From positions 33,437 through 97,436 of the forward strand of contig JBDHQI010000015.1 of assembly GCA_039806955.1 (NCBI GenBank): 64,000 nt of DNA, read 5' to 3'. This DNA comes from Verrucomicrobiota bacterium. Lineage in GTDB: Bacteria > Verrucomicrobiota > Verrucomicrobiia > Limisphaerales > JADLHS01. The number at the start of each line of letters is the position of its first letter. Within the stretch, counting starts at the first letter, position 1. Under the pieces are notes generated by a model, which was given only the letters and a program-made list of their open reading frames with translations, was not told where the DNA came from and made no database searches. Below are positions 37,244-47,231 of this stretch, one piece after another. Both the position numbers and the translations under genes were made by a program.

Positions 37244-40200
37244 ATGAAACTTCGCCAAATGATTCGTATTCTTAGGTGGCCCGGTCGGCTCGGTGCCGGC
37301 TTGGTCGCGTCTATTTGTCTCTTGGGCCAGGCCGTTATTGGCCAAACCATTCCCAATCCCAGCTTTGAAGCCGACACCTTTACCGTTTTTCCCGGTTATA
37401 TCAGCGGGAATGGGCCAATCACGGGTTGGGTGGGCAATCCTGAGGAGCGGGTGGGATTAAACCCCGCGGGTGGTAGTCCGTTTGCCAATAACGGAACGAT
37501 TCCCGATGGCAATAACGTGGCGTTTATCCAGTCCAACGCCACCGAGCCGAGCATCCCAACGAAGCTCAGCACGACCATTAGCGGTCTGAGCGTCGGCACG
37601 ACCTACAAGGTGACCTTTCGTGCCAATGGTCGGAACCGGACTGCCGACGTGCCGTACTTAAAGGTTTATATTGACGATATTTCAGTTTTGCTGCCGGGAT
37701 TACCAGGATACTGGCCGGATGGGTTTATCCCAGGAGTAGTGGGCGGGGTCGCTGGTTATTGGTATGTTGCGTTCGAGTTTACGGCCAATGCCGCGACTGC
37801 GGAACTCTCGCTCGTAAATGACGCGGTGGGCGACCACACGGTGGTGGTTGACGATTTTAAGATTACCCCCAGCACCCAGCGTTGGTCGGTTGGGGCGTGG
37901 AACTGGGACGGCGATTCGGGAATAGATCCGGATTATGTTTACACGCACGCTTACAGCTTTGGCAGCAGTGAAGACACAACCGTTAATGATGTCAATTTTA
38001 CCGGGGTGGGTGGAGCGAATCCTGCGGTGGCGGGACAATTTTCCACCACTTTGCTGGGGAGTGTCTATAACGGTGATGTAAACGGACCGACGGTGGGCGG
38101 TGGTGGTGGAGAGATACTGGGCCGTGATTTTTTGTATAGCAGCGCGGTCGCCGCTGGTTCTTATGAGAGTATTACCCTCCAGGGGCTCTCACCGGGGACA
38201 GAGTATCTCCTGAGCGTTTTTTCGGTGGGCTGGGAGAACGCTTCCGAGACGGCCCGTTGGGCGACGTGCAGCATGGGCGATGATTATCTGACATTCAACC
38301 AGGACCAATTTGGCAACGATGTGGGCATTCGGCTTTCCTATCGTTACACGGCTGATGCCAGCGGTAACGCGACGTTCCGAATTGCCCCCTTCCAGGCGAA
38401 TAACGTGAGTATTCACGTTTATGGTTTTGCGAATCGCGAAACGACGCCACGTCCAGCAGCCCCGGTGATTACTGCGCATCCGAAGAGCACGATCGTTTCT
38501 CCAGGTCTTTCTGTGAGCTTCAAAGTCACAGCTTCGGCGGTGCCTTTGCCGACTTATCAATGGCGCTGGAATGGGAACAATCTTCCCGGAGAAATCAACA
38601 ATACCTTGGTGGTGAATTCGGTTTCTGCCGCCAACGCCGGACTCTATGATGTGGTGGTGGCGAACTCGGTTGGCTCAGTCACCAGTCAGGTGGCCCAGCT
38701 GACGGTGGGCGCGATTAACATTATCAATCCAAGTTTCGAAGAGGATGAGTTTTATATTTGGCCGGGTTACCTTCATAATCCCACCTTCGGCGATAACGCC
38801 GTATCAATCATCGGCTGGAATTCTCTCGACGATCACGGCATTAACCCTGTGCGGCCACCAGATGGGCGTAGCCCCTTCGGAGATAACGGAGCCATTCCAC
38901 AGGGAAGCCAGATCGCTTTCATGCAGGGGAATGGTGAGCTGAGTCAAACCTTGAGCGGTTTCACGGTGGGCGGTCACTATTATGTGCATTATTATGAAAA
39001 CGCTCGTTCTCAGGTCACCCGCCCCGGAATGGAGGTCAAGGTGAATGGTGATGCCGTCGTTCCATTACATTTGCTGGCTCCGGTCGGGGGCGGCAATCCT
39101 TATCGAGAAGTTTCCAGTGCCATGTTTGCGGCCACGGCCACGGATTTAAATTTGGCGTTCATTAAAAGCGCTCCAGAAGCCGGAGATTGTACCGCGTTGA
39201 TTGACAATGTGGCGATCATTCAAGTGGCGCCGGGAACGCCGCCCAGCCTTAGTTCACAGCCGCAATCCGTATCGGTGGTGCCGGGCAGTGCGGTGAGTTT
39301 CAGCACCGTCGCGCAGGGTAGTTTGCCCTTAAGCTATCAATGGTATCGTGACGGCACCGCACTTTCCGGCGAAACGAATCCAGAATTGTCTATCTCCGCT
39401 GTCGGAGTCGGTGATATAGGCGATTACACAGTCGTAGTGGCAAACAGCTCCGGCTCGGTGACCAGCGTCGCGGCAGAGCTGGCCTTGGTGCAACCAATTT
39501 ATTCGCTGCGCAGTACCGGCATTGGCGCTGACGGGTTACCGCAGGCGAACGGGATTGTTACTCCCTTTTGGGTCTTGACGGAAAATCCGGACAGCGGCTC
39601 CGCCGATGTCTTTGTGGCCAATGATGATCAATTTCCCATTTCGACCGGAAACTGGCTGGCCAGTAGCGCTGCGTCAAAATGGGTCGCCCCTCGGGCCACA
39701 GCTGGCGATGCTGATATCCCCGTGGGAAATTATCGGTATCGTACTACCTTCGATCTGAGTGGTCGCGATACGAGCACCGTGGTGATCAACGGACGCTGGA
39801 GCACGGATAACACCGGCGTGGCCGTGTATGTCAACGACCAACAAGTAAATGTGCCCTTAAGCACTGGATTCGCTGCCTGGACCGCCTTCACGATTACCAG
39901 CGGCGACGTTCCGTTCATTGCAGGAAACAACACGATGGATTTTGTGGTGGCTAACATTGGAGAGGCTGGTCCATCCGGATTACGGGTTGAATTCACCCAA
40001 ACGAGCACGAAAGTGCTGCCGGGGTTGCCGGCCAGCATTGTAAGCCAACCGCAAGGCGTCCAAGCGGTTGAAGGTGACAATGTGGTGTTGAAGGTGATTG
40101 CCGGCGGTTCGTTGCCCTTCAGTTATCAGTGGCGCAAAGACGGTCAGGACTTGGTCGGAGAAACCCAGGACACCTTGACACTGGTCGGAGTGACTGGAGC

Positions 40201-41035
40201 GGCTACGGGAGCCTACACGGTTCACGTTTCCAATCCGTGGGGCGACGAGACTAGCAGCGAGGCTTACGTTGACGTGGCTTTTCAGGTCATCCCGGGTATT
40301 TTTGGCACGGGCGTGGATGCCAATGGAGCGTTGTTGGGCGATGGGGCGGTAGATCCGCATTACGTGCTTTCGGCCAGTGCTGATGGGAACTTCCCCGGAC
40401 CGGACGCAGTCTGCATCACGAACGTCTGGCCGATTGCGCCCGCTGGTCCGTGGCTGGCCAATGGCCCGAGTTCCCGTTGGATTGGCGCCTCCTCCAATCA
40501 ACGCCAGGACATTGATCCGTCGTCTGGCAATCTGCCAGGCCTTTATACATACCAGACGACTTTTGATCTGACTGGTTACGATCTGAGCAAGGTCCGGGTG
40601 ATTGGCGGGGTCGCGGCAGATAACGCGGTCAACGACGTGTTGCTCAACGGAGTCAGCACGGGAGTCACGGTGGCTGGCTTTGGTGGACTGAACAGCTTCA
40701 CGTTCAGTAGCGGCTTGGTGGCGGGTGTAAACACGGTTGATTTCATTCTGGAGAATGCGCTGACGGGTGGCACCGATCCCAATACACCCAACCCGGCTGG
40801 TTTGCGGGTGGACCTGCGGGGATTGCTGGACATCCGGACCAGTCTGCCCGAGGTCACTCTCGCGGTGGGAGCGAGTGGGAATAATCTAACCATCTCGTGG
40901 TCCCCCATTCGTCCTAATCAGAAATTGCAATGGGCGCCGAGCGTCACCGGGCCGTGGACAGAAATTACCGGGGCAACCAGCCCATATCAGACAACGTCCA
41001 CCGGAACGCAGCGTTTCTTCCGAATCGCGCAGTAG
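37244..41035 (+). CDS. Giant secreted protein: 2 DUF642-like modules, 3 Ig-like (I-set type) domains, 2 copies of an unassigned ~160-aa module, RFFRI tail module
   Basis: The signal-like N-terminus is followed by IPNPSFEADTFTVFPGY...ITGW and INPSFEEDEFYIWPGY...IIGW (DUF642-like). Three repeats follow the pattern P.I...P.S..V..G..V.F.V.A.G.LPL.YQW...G..L.GE....L.......G.Y.V.V.N..GS.TS. The protein ends ...GTQRFFRIAQ. Confidence 0.85.
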   Translation: MKLRQMIRILRWPGRLGAGLVASICLLGQAVIGQTIPNPSFEADTFTVFPGYISGNGPITGWVGNPEERVGLNPAGGSPFANNGTIPDGNNVAFIQSNATEPSIPTKLSTTISGLSVGTTYKVTFRANGRNRTADVPYLKVYIDDISVLLPGLPGYWPDGFIPGVVGGVAGYWYVAFEFTANAATAELSLVNDAVGDHTVVVDDFKITPSTQRWSVGAWNWDGDSGIDPDYVYTHAYSFGSSEDTTVNDVNFTGVGGANPAVAGQFSTTLLGSVYNGDVNGPTVGGGGGEILGRDFLYSSAVAAGSYESITLQGLSPGTEYLLSVFSVGWENASETARWATCSMGDDYLTFNQDQFGNDVGIRLSYRYTADASGNATFRIAPFQANNVSIHVYGFANRETTPRPAAPVITAHPKSTIVSPGLSVSFKVTASAVPLPTYQWRWNGNNLPGEINNTLVVNSVSAANAGLYDVVVANSVGSVTSQVAQLTVGAINIINPSFEEDEFYIWPGYLHNPTFGDNAVSIIGWNSLDDHGINPVRPPDGRSPFGDNGAIPQGSQIAFMQGNGELSQTLSGFTVGGHYYVHYYENARSQVTRPGMEVKVNGDAVVPLHLLAPVGGGNPYREVSSAMFAATATDLNLAFIKSAPEAGDCTALIDNVAIIQVAPGTPPSLSSQPQSVSVVPGSAVSFSTVAQGSLPLSYQWYRDGTALSGETNPELSISAVGVGDIGDYTVVVANSSGSVTSVAAELALVQPIYSLRSTGIGADGLPQANGIVTPFWVLTENPDSGSADVFVANDDQFPISTGNWLASSAASKWVAPRATAGDADIPVGNYRYRTTFDLSGRDTSTVVINGRWSTDNTGVAVYVNDQQVNVPLSTGFAAWTAFTITSGDVPFIAGNNTMDFVVANIGEAGPSGLRVEFTQTSTKVLPGLPASIVSQPQGVQAVEGDNVVLKVIAGGSLPFSYQWRKDGQDLVGETQDTLTLVGVTGAATGAYTVHVSNPWGDETSSEAYVDVAFQVIPGIFGTGVDANGALLGDGAVDPHYVLSASADGNFPGPDAVCITNVWPIAPAGPWLANGPSSRWIGASSNQRQDIDPSSGNLPGLYTYQTTFDLTGYDLSKVRVIGGVAADNAVNDVLLNGVSTGVTVAGFGGLNSFTFSSGLVAGVNTVDFILENALTGGTDPNTPNPAGLRVDLRGLLDIRTSLPEVTLAVGASGNNLTISWSPIRPNQKLQWAPSVTGPWTEITGATSPYQTTSTGTQRFFRIAQ

Positions 41036-41065
41036 CGGTCGGGCCGACGCGAACCGTAGTCAAAC

Positions 41066-41100
41066 GCCGGGAGCGTGTGAATGCTCCCGGCTGTTTTTGT
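41066..41100 (+). terminator. Intrinsic terminator
   Basis: Stem gccgggagc (41066-41074) / gctcccggc (41083-41091) with an 8-nt loop, followed by tgtttttgt. Confidence 0.65.
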
Positions 41101-41207
41101 CCCTGCTCGCTGGAGGGTGTTCCTGAGAATTGCGAGGGGCGCCGGTGGTTTGAGGTCGGACGACTTGTAATTTGCGGTCGTTTGAGGAAGTCTAGGAAGT
41201 CGAATTC

Positions 41208-44200
41208 ATGAGGCAGCAATTTAAGATGAAACGCTTTTCGCCACTGGCGCAAAGCTTACTAGACGCCCGCCCCCGGCAAAAACAAGCCGGCGCCGGCAAA
41301 CCATCGCAATGGGCCGCGCTCCGGATGCTCTTGATTTTTCTCGGCGCTACCGCTTCAACCGCGCTGCGCGCGGACAGCGTCGTGGTCTTCAATGAAATCA
41401 TGTACCACCCGCCTGCCAACGAGGCGATGATGGAATGGGTGGAGCTGCACAATCAAATGGCGGTGAATGTGGACCTATCCCGGTGGTCATTGAGCGGCGG
41501 AATTGATTTCACGTTTCCGGAAGGCACGGTCATTCCTGGAAAAGGTTATCTGGTCATCGCGTCGTCACCGGCGGACTTGATGGCGGCAACCGGTTTGACG
41601 AACGTGCTGGGCCCGTTCAGCGGCCGCCTCTCCAACAGCGGTGAGAAGTTGGAGCTGCGCAACAATAATCGTCGGTTGATGGATGCGATCACATATGGCG
41701 TGGATGGTGACTGGCCGGTTGGACCAGATGATGCGGGAGTATCGCTGGCCAAACTCAACGAAAACGGCGCCAGTGAGCAGGCTTCCAACTGGGCGATGAG
41801 TGCTCTGGTCGGCGGCACGCCCGGGCGGCGCAATTTTGTCTCCACGCCTTACGAGGTCACCAGCATCACGACGCTCCAACTGGATTCCGTCTGGAAGTAT
41901 GAGGCTTCGGGAGTTGATTTGGGCCCGGCTTGGCGGGAGGCGGATTTCGATGATGCCGGCTGGTCATCGGGCGCGGGGCTTTTCAAAGCCGGAAACATCA
42001 GCGTGCCCATTGGTGATCCCGAACCGATCCCCACGGTTTTTAGCAGTGGGATAGGTGCTGATGGCGCGGTGTTATCGCCCGGCGCGGCCGATCCGCACTA
42101 TCAACTGACCCAATCGGCGCAGAGCACTCCGCCGCCACCCGCGATTGCTGCCACGGTCATCCAAAACCATCCCGCGTGGTTGGCCAACGATCTGTTATCG
42201 AGCTGGATTGGCCCCGTGAATCCAGGCACCGAGAATGTTGCGGCGGGCAATTACAACTACCGCACCACATTTTCTCTCGCGGGCTTCGATCCCACCTCGG
42301 CCAGCTTGACGCTCAAGCTGGGCGTGGACAACCGACTGACGGGACTCCAACTGAATGGAGTATCCACCGGCATCACCTTTGAAGGCTTCGCTTCGTTAAG
42401 CGGCAATTTCAGTCTTCCGAATGGTTTTGTGGCCGGAGATAACACGCTGGATTTTCTTACGGTCAACGATGGGGACAGTCCGAATCCGGCCGGGTTGCGG
42501 GTGCAGTTGACGGGTACCGCGCGGCGTCAAATGGTCAGCAACACCCCGCTGCCGGACGAGCGAACCAACTACTACTTTCGCACCCAATTCGTTTTGCCGG
42601 GCGCGCCACATCTATCCAGTGTGCGGCTTCGCCCAGTGGTTGCCGATGGCGCCGTGTTTTATCTGAACGGCACCGAAGTGTTGCGCTGGAATATGCCCGC
42701 CGGCCCCATCACCGCCGGGACGCTGGCCGTGTCCAATGTGCCGAATCCCACGGTGTTGGGACCGTTTCAACTGTTGAACACGGCCTTGGTTGCGGGGGCG
42801 AATGTGTTGGCCGTGGAATTGCACTCCGCCTCCGGCAATCTTGTGGATGCGCTGTTCGGTGCGGAATTGGAACTGACCACCACCAATCTGCTCGCGCCGC
42901 CACCCTTGCCTGTGGCGTTTAATGAATTGAGTTCCCCCACCAACGGGGCGTTTTGGCTGGAGTTGATCAACTCCGGCGCCGCGCCGGTGGATCTGGTGGG
43001 TTGCATTTTGTCCCTGCGCGGTAAAGGCGCTCCCGCGGATTACGTTTTTCCCGCGCAAACTCTGGCGGCGGGACAACTGTTGTCATTAACGCAAGCCACG
43101 TTGGGTTTTGCGGCGCAACCGGATCAGCGCCTTATTTTGTATCGGCCCAATGGCATCGGAGTGCTGGATGCGGTGGTGGTGAAGGAGCCGGCGCGCGCCC
43201 GCTGGCCGGACGCCACCGGGCGTTGGTGGTTTCCCACTACGCTGACCCCGGGCGTTTCAAACCATTTTGAATTTCGCGACGAGGTGGTCATCAACGAGAT
43301 CATGTATCATCCCCCGATGTTGCCACCCACGCCGACCACTTACGCCACCAACATTCTCCTGAGTATCACCAATACCTGGAAGTATAACGCTCAAGGCTCC
43401 GATCTCGGCAGCACCTGGCGCTCGCCCAGTTACAACGATGGCTCGTGGCCCGAAGGTCGGGCGTTGTTCTATAACACCAGCTCGGTTTTGCCAGCGGAGA
43501 AAAATACCGAACTGCCGCTGGTTGACGCGTTGAATCGCCGGATCATCACGTGGTATTTCCGCACTTCATTCGTGTTCTCTGGGGGCACCAATGACGGGCA
43601 GTTGACGTTCAACTCCATCGTGGATGATGGCGCAGTATATTATCTCAACGGAGTCGAGATTCACCGGCAGAATATGCCCGCCGGATCAATCAGTTATTCG
43701 ACCCTGGCCAGCGCCGGCGTGGCGACTCCCGCCTACAGCGGTCCGTTTACCGTGCCAGTTTTTAATCTGAACGTCGGTACCAACGTGCTGGCCGTGGAGG
43801 TGCATCAATTCACCACCAACCCGATTGCCGCCGACATGGCGTTTGGGGTGGAGGTCAGTAATTACGGATTTCAATCCCCCGCGCTCCCAGCGCAAGAAGG
43901 TCCTGATTCCTGGGTGGAATTGTTCAACCGCAGCGCCAACGCCGTGGACCTCACCGGCTGGCGATTGGATGAAGGCATTGATTTTAGGTTTGCTGCGGGA
44001 ACCGTTCTTCCGGCCAACGGCTATCTAGTGGTGGCCAAGGACGTAAGCTTCATGCAATCCAACTATCCGGGGATCACAGTGGTCGGTCCGTACACCAACA
44101 AGCTGTCGCGCAGCAGTGATTATCTGGTGTTGAAAGATGCGGCGAACAATCCAGCGGATGAAGTTCATTATTTTGACGGTGGCCGCTGGCCCGGCAACGC

Positions 44201-47200
44201 CGATGGCGGTGGCAGCAGTCTGGAATTGCGCGATCCTTGGGCGGATAATTCCCAACCTGAAGCCTGGGCTGCGAGCGACGAGACGGGCCGTTCCCAGTGG
44301 CACACCTACTCATATCGCGGGGTGGCGCAAAACATCCTCGGTCCGACGTTGTGGAACGAATTTGTACTCGGCTTATTGGACGAGGGCGAGTGCCTTATTG
44401 ATGATCTGCACGTCATTGAGTCGCCCGATACCGCACCGGTCGAGTTGTTGCAAAACGGCTCGTTCGAGACGGGCCTGAGTGCGTGGCGCGCGTTGGGCAA
44501 TCACGGCGCGAGCGCTGTCATTGTGGACCCGGATAACGCGGGGAACCACGTCCTGCATCTCAAGGCCGCCGGCCCCACCGGCCACATGCACAATCATTTG
44601 GAGACTACTTATGCCGACGGAAAGTCCGTCGTGAATGGACGGCAGTATGAAATTTCCTTCCGCGCCAAATGGCTCGCGGGCAATAACCGCCTGAATACCC
44701 GGCTTTATTTTAATCGCGTTGCCAAAACCACCGCGTTACCGACCCCTCGATGGCGCGGCACACCCGGTGCGGTTAACTCCACGCACACGCCGAATTTGGA
44801 ACCCACTTTTGCCGCGTTCCAGCATCACCCTGTGATACCCGCCCCCAATCAATCCGTCACAGTGACGGCGGATGTTTTCGATCCGCACGGCGTCACCAAT
44901 GTCACCCTCTATTGGTCGGCCAGTGGCGGCAGTTGGCAGACGGAAAACATGACCTTTACGGGCCACGCCTCGACGCCCAATTACGCCACTTATTCGGGGC
45001 TGATCCCGGGTCAGGCGGCGAACACGATGGTGCAATTTTTCGTGCAAGCCACGGATGGGTTGGGCGCGGTCGCCACCTTCCCGGCAGGCGGCACCAACTC
45101 GCGCGCTTTGTATCGGGTGGATAACGGTCAGCCGCTGATGACGCAGCTTCATCGGTTGCGCTTATTGCTGACGCCGGCGGATGTGGCGCGGCTGCACGCC
45201 TCCACCAATGTCATGAGCAACGACCGGACAGGGTTAACCGTGGTGTATGACGAACAGGAAGTTTTTTACGATGTCGGCATGCACCTGCAAGGCAGTGAGC
45301 GCGGCCGGGACGCTTCTTCGCGAGTGGGTTTTACAATTAGTTTTGATGCGGAGCATCTGTTTCGCGGCACGCAGAAGAGTCTGGTCATTGATCGCTCTGG
45401 AGGATATTCGGGCCGCGGCGGGAAACACGACGAGATTTTGCTCTGGCACGCGGTCAACCACGCTGGCGGCGGTTTGCTGGGTATCGAGTGCGATTTGGTG
45501 CAGGTCTTTGCGCCGCGCAGCTCGGAGGACGGCACAGGGTTGTTGCGGATGCAGGCTTTTAACAACGATTACTTTGAAAGCCAGTTTGCCAATGGCGACG
45601 ATGGCCAACGCTACATGCTGGAGTTGATTTATTATCCGACCACCACGGCCACCCCTGGCAACCCGCAATCGCCCAAACTGCCGCAGCCCGATGACGTGTT
45701 GAATGTTGACTATCAGGACTGGGGCAACGACCAGGAGAATTACCGCTGGATTTTCAGTCAGGAAAATCATTCCGATCTCGACGATTACAGTCAAATCATC
45801 GCGCTCAACCAGGCGTTCAGTTTGAGCGGCGCGACATTTGAAAATCAAATGCGGCAACTGACCGACGCGGATGAATGGATGCGCACGCTGGCGTTCAAGG
45901 CGCTGAACGGCGATGGGGATACGTTCACGGCCGGATTGAATCACAACTGGAAGACGTATTTTCGCCCCGAGGATGGCAAAGCGTTGGGACTGCTCTGGGA
46001 CATGGATTTTGCGTACTCTCAGGACGTTTCGGCGGGATTCCCGGGGAGTGGTTCCCCGAATACCCGCCGCTTTATCCTGCTGCCGGATAACTACCGGCGT
46101 TACTACAACCACCTGTTTGATTTGGTGACGACCACGATGAACGCGGCGCATCTCGGGCCGTGGGCCACGCACTACGCGGGCTTGCTGGGACAAAACTGGA
46201 GCAGCGCCGTGACGTATCTCCAGCAGCGCGGCAACTACGTTTTGAGTTTCATGCCCACGTCGGCGCCATTTGTCATTACCAGCAACGGCGGGCAGAATTT
46301 CGGTACGACCAACGAGGTCGTGACCCTGGCGGGGCTGGCGCCGATAGCGGTGAAGGACATTGCCGTAAACGGCAGCGTGGGTGAATTAACCTGGACCAGC
46401 CTGACGAACTGGACGCTGACAGTTTCGCTGCCGAATTTTGTCAACCCGTTTTCTCTGCAAGGCTTGGATAATCAAGGCAATGCTTTGCCCAATGCCACCG
46501 CTTCCATCACGATTACCAACCTGGGCACGCTGCCGCCCGGACCGGTGGTGATCAACGAGTGGATGGCCGCCAATACCGGCCCCGGTGGTTTTGCGGATCC
46601 GTTGGATGGGCTGTTCCAGGACTGGTTCGAGCTCTACAATCCCAATACCGTTGCGGTGGATCTGTCCGGATTTTATCTCACGGATAATCTGAGTAATCCT
46701 GCTAAGTGGCAAATTCCGCCCAACGTGGTCATCGCGCCGCACGGCTTTCTGCTGGTCTGGGCCGATGGTGACGTCGGCCAGAATGGTCAGAGCGAAAACG
46801 GCGATTTGCACGCCAGCTTTTCATTGAGCTTGAGCGGGGAGGCTTTGGGACTTTCCACTCCTGATTTAATCCTGCAGCACGCCGTGGTCTTTGGTCCGCA
46901 AACCCAAAACGTCAGTCAGGGATTGTACCCTGACGGCGATACCAACGCCGTGTTCTTCATGCCGGATTGGACGCCGCGCGCCAGCAACCGATTGGGCGCG
47001 CCCGCTGCGCCGCTGGTTGGTAATATCACCATTCAAGGCAATGGAACGCTCCAATTCCAATCTGGAGTCATCGCCGGTCGGACTTATCGCGTGGAATACA
47101 AAGACGATTTACAAGCGCCGTCATGGACGCCGTTGGGCACCAATCGGACGGCCACCGGTCCGGTACTCACCATTACCGATCTGCCGGGCGACGCTCCCCA

Positions 47201-47231
47201 ACGCTTCTACCGGCTTGTTTTGCTGCCGTAA
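41208..47231 (+). CDS. Giant secreted protein with four lamin-tail domains, carbohydrate-binding-like modules and a CotH kinase-family domain
   Basis: LTD signatures: VVFNEIMYHPP...EWVELHN...VDLSRWSL; AFNELSS...FWLELIN; VVINEIMYHPP ... SWVELFNRSANAVDLTGWRL; VVINEWMA...DWFELYNPNTVAVDLSGFYL. CotH-like core: LRLLLTPADVARL ... VVYDEQEVFYDVGMHLQGS ... YMLELIYYP ... LWDMDFAY. The protein ends ...PQRFYRLVLLP. The start could also be the ATG at 41226. Confidence 0.85.
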   Translation: MRQQFKMKRFSPLAQSLLDARPRQKQAGAGKPSQWAALRMLLIFLGATASTALRADSVVVFNEIMYHPPANEAMMEWVELHNQMAVNVDLSRWSLSGGIDFTFPEGTVIPGKGYLVIASSPADLMAATGLTNVLGPFSGRLSNSGEKLELRNNNRRLMDAITYGVDGDWPVGPDDAGVSLAKLNENGASEQASNWAMSALVGGTPGRRNFVSTPYEVTSITTLQLDSVWKYEASGVDLGPAWREADFDDAGWSSGAGLFKAGNISVPIGDPEPIPTVFSSGIGADGAVLSPGAADPHYQLTQSAQSTPPPPAIAATVIQNHPAWLANDLLSSWIGPVNPGTENVAAGNYNYRTTFSLAGFDPTSASLTLKLGVDNRLTGLQLNGVSTGITFEGFASLSGNFSLPNGFVAGDNTLDFLTVNDGDSPNPAGLRVQLTGTARRQMVSNTPLPDERTNYYFRTQFVLPGAPHLSSVRLRPVVADGAVFYLNGTEVLRWNMPAGPITAGTLAVSNVPNPTVLGPFQLLNTALVAGANVLAVELHSASGNLVDALFGAELELTTTNLLAPPPLPVAFNELSSPTNGAFWLELINSGAAPVDLVGCILSLRGKGAPADYVFPAQTLAAGQLLSLTQATLGFAAQPDQRLILYRPNGIGVLDAVVVKEPARARWPDATGRWWFPTTLTPGVSNHFEFRDEVVINEIMYHPPMLPPTPTTYATNILLSITNTWKYNAQGSDLGSTWRSPSYNDGSWPEGRALFYNTSSVLPAEKNTELPLVDALNRRIITWYFRTSFVFSGGTNDGQLTFNSIVDDGAVYYLNGVEIHRQNMPAGSISYSTLASAGVATPAYSGPFTVPVFNLNVGTNVLAVEVHQFTTNPIAADMAFGVEVSNYGFQSPALPAQEGPDSWVELFNRSANAVDLTGWRLDEGIDFRFAAGTVLPANGYLVVAKDVSFMQSNYPGITVVGPYTNKLSRSSDYLVLKDAANNPADEVHYFDGGRWPGNADGGGSSLELRDPWADNSQPEAWAASDETGRSQWHTYSYRGVAQNILGPTLWNEFVLGLLDEGECLIDDLHVIESPDTAPVELLQNGSFETGLSAWRALGNHGASAVIVDPDNAGNHVLHLKAAGPTGHMHNHLETTYADGKSVVNGRQYEISFRAKWLAGNNRLNTRLYFNRVAKTTALPTPRWRGTPGAVNSTHTPNLEPTFAAFQHHPVIPAPNQSVTVTADVFDPHGVTNVTLYWSASGGSWQTENMTFTGHASTPNYATYSGLIPGQAANTMVQFFVQATDGLGAVATFPAGGTNSRALYRVDNGQPLMTQLHRLRLLLTPADVARLHASTNVMSNDRTGLTVVYDEQEVFYDVGMHLQGSERGRDASSRVGFTISFDAEHLFRGTQKSLVIDRSGGYSGRGGKHDEILLWHAVNHAGGGLLGIECDLVQVFAPRSSEDGTGLLRMQAFNNDYFESQFANGDDGQRYMLELIYYPTTTATPGNPQSPKLPQPDDVLNVDYQDWGNDQENYRWIFSQENHSDLDDYSQIIALNQAFSLSGATFENQMRQLTDADEWMRTLAFKALNGDGDTFTAGLNHNWKTYFRPEDGKALGLLWDMDFAYSQDVSAGFPGSGSPNTRRFILLPDNYRRYYNHLFDLVTTTMNAAHLGPWATHYAGLLGQNWSSAVTYLQQRGNYVLSFMPTSAPFVITSNGGQNFGTTNEVVTLAGLAPIAVKDIAVNGSVGELTWTSLTNWTLTVSLPNFVNPFSLQGLDNQGNALPNATASITITNLGTLPPGPVVINEWMAANTGPGGFADPLDGLFQDWFELYNPNTVAVDLSGFYLTDNLSNPAKWQIPPNVVIAPHGFLLVWADGDVGQNGQSENGDLHASFSLSLSGEALGLSTPDLILQHAVVFGPQTQNVSQGLYPDGDTNAVFFMPDWTPRASNRLGAPAAPLVGNITIQGNGTLQFQSGVIAGRTYRVEYKDDLQAPSWTPLGTNRTATGPVLTITDLPGDAPQRFYRLVLLP

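Noticed and set aside
45234-46193. 319-aa minus-strand ORF inside the CotH giant gene (also 42612..43076 and 39980..40501 in the giant genes)
   Set aside because: These are shadow ORFs opposite long uninterrupted sense frames of 1263 and 2007 codons.
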